This document shows positions 63,927-64,000 of a stretch of 64,000 nucleotides of DNA, in pieces. Position 1 is the stretch's first letter. Each line of letters opens with the position of its first letter. Source of the stretch: Styela clava (lineage: Eukaryota). The notes below the pieces were generated by a model. The model was not told where the DNA came from, did no database searches, and saw nothing but the letters and a program-made list of their open reading frames with translations. Made by a program: the position numbers and the translations under genes. The stretch is from the NCBI RefSeq assembly GCF_964204865.1, contig NC_135264.1, positions 1,984,001 through 2,048,000 of the forward strand, written 5' to 3'.

Positions 63927-64000
63927 GGTGCTCCAGAAGTGTGTGTACCAATATGGAGGTAACTAATTTTGTTCGCCTACTTTACATCAGGTTGTGTGAA
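63927..64000. mobile_element. MITE left arm, cut off by the window end
   Basis: gctccagaagtgtgtgtaccaatatg.aggtaact matches 49856-49925. Confidence 0.7.

Overview
Eukaryotic, AT-rich genomic DNA with GT-AG introns and many MITEs. Gene content and short introns suggest a marine invertebrate, most plausibly an ascidian (inference). Most entries in the ORF track are spurious or single exons, so genes were rebuilt by hand from splice sites. Left to right: (1) a secreted trypsin-family serine protease on the - strand (1538-9247) whose N-terminus is four exon-encoded six-cysteine repeats arranged A-B-A-B; (2) an assembly gap; (3) a complete but inactivated 3 kb hAT transposon with TIRs and TSD; (4) three intact 9-exon AADAC/NCEH1-like esterase genes plus a decayed fourth copy; (5) an intronless C2orf69 homologue head-to-head with an intronless arylsulfatase B/I/J-like gene that has one in-frame TAG; (6) a ~0.9-1 kb tandem duplication with a different MITE in each copy; (7) a 4-exon, 147-aa gene absent from the ORF track with the layout signal peptide / highly cationic amphipathic peptide / acidic propiece, a strong candidate antimicrobial-peptide precursor; (8) a LINE RNase H remnant; (9) intronless BMS1 and ZMAT5 in close tandem. 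The best leads are the cationic peptide precursor and the modular protease.
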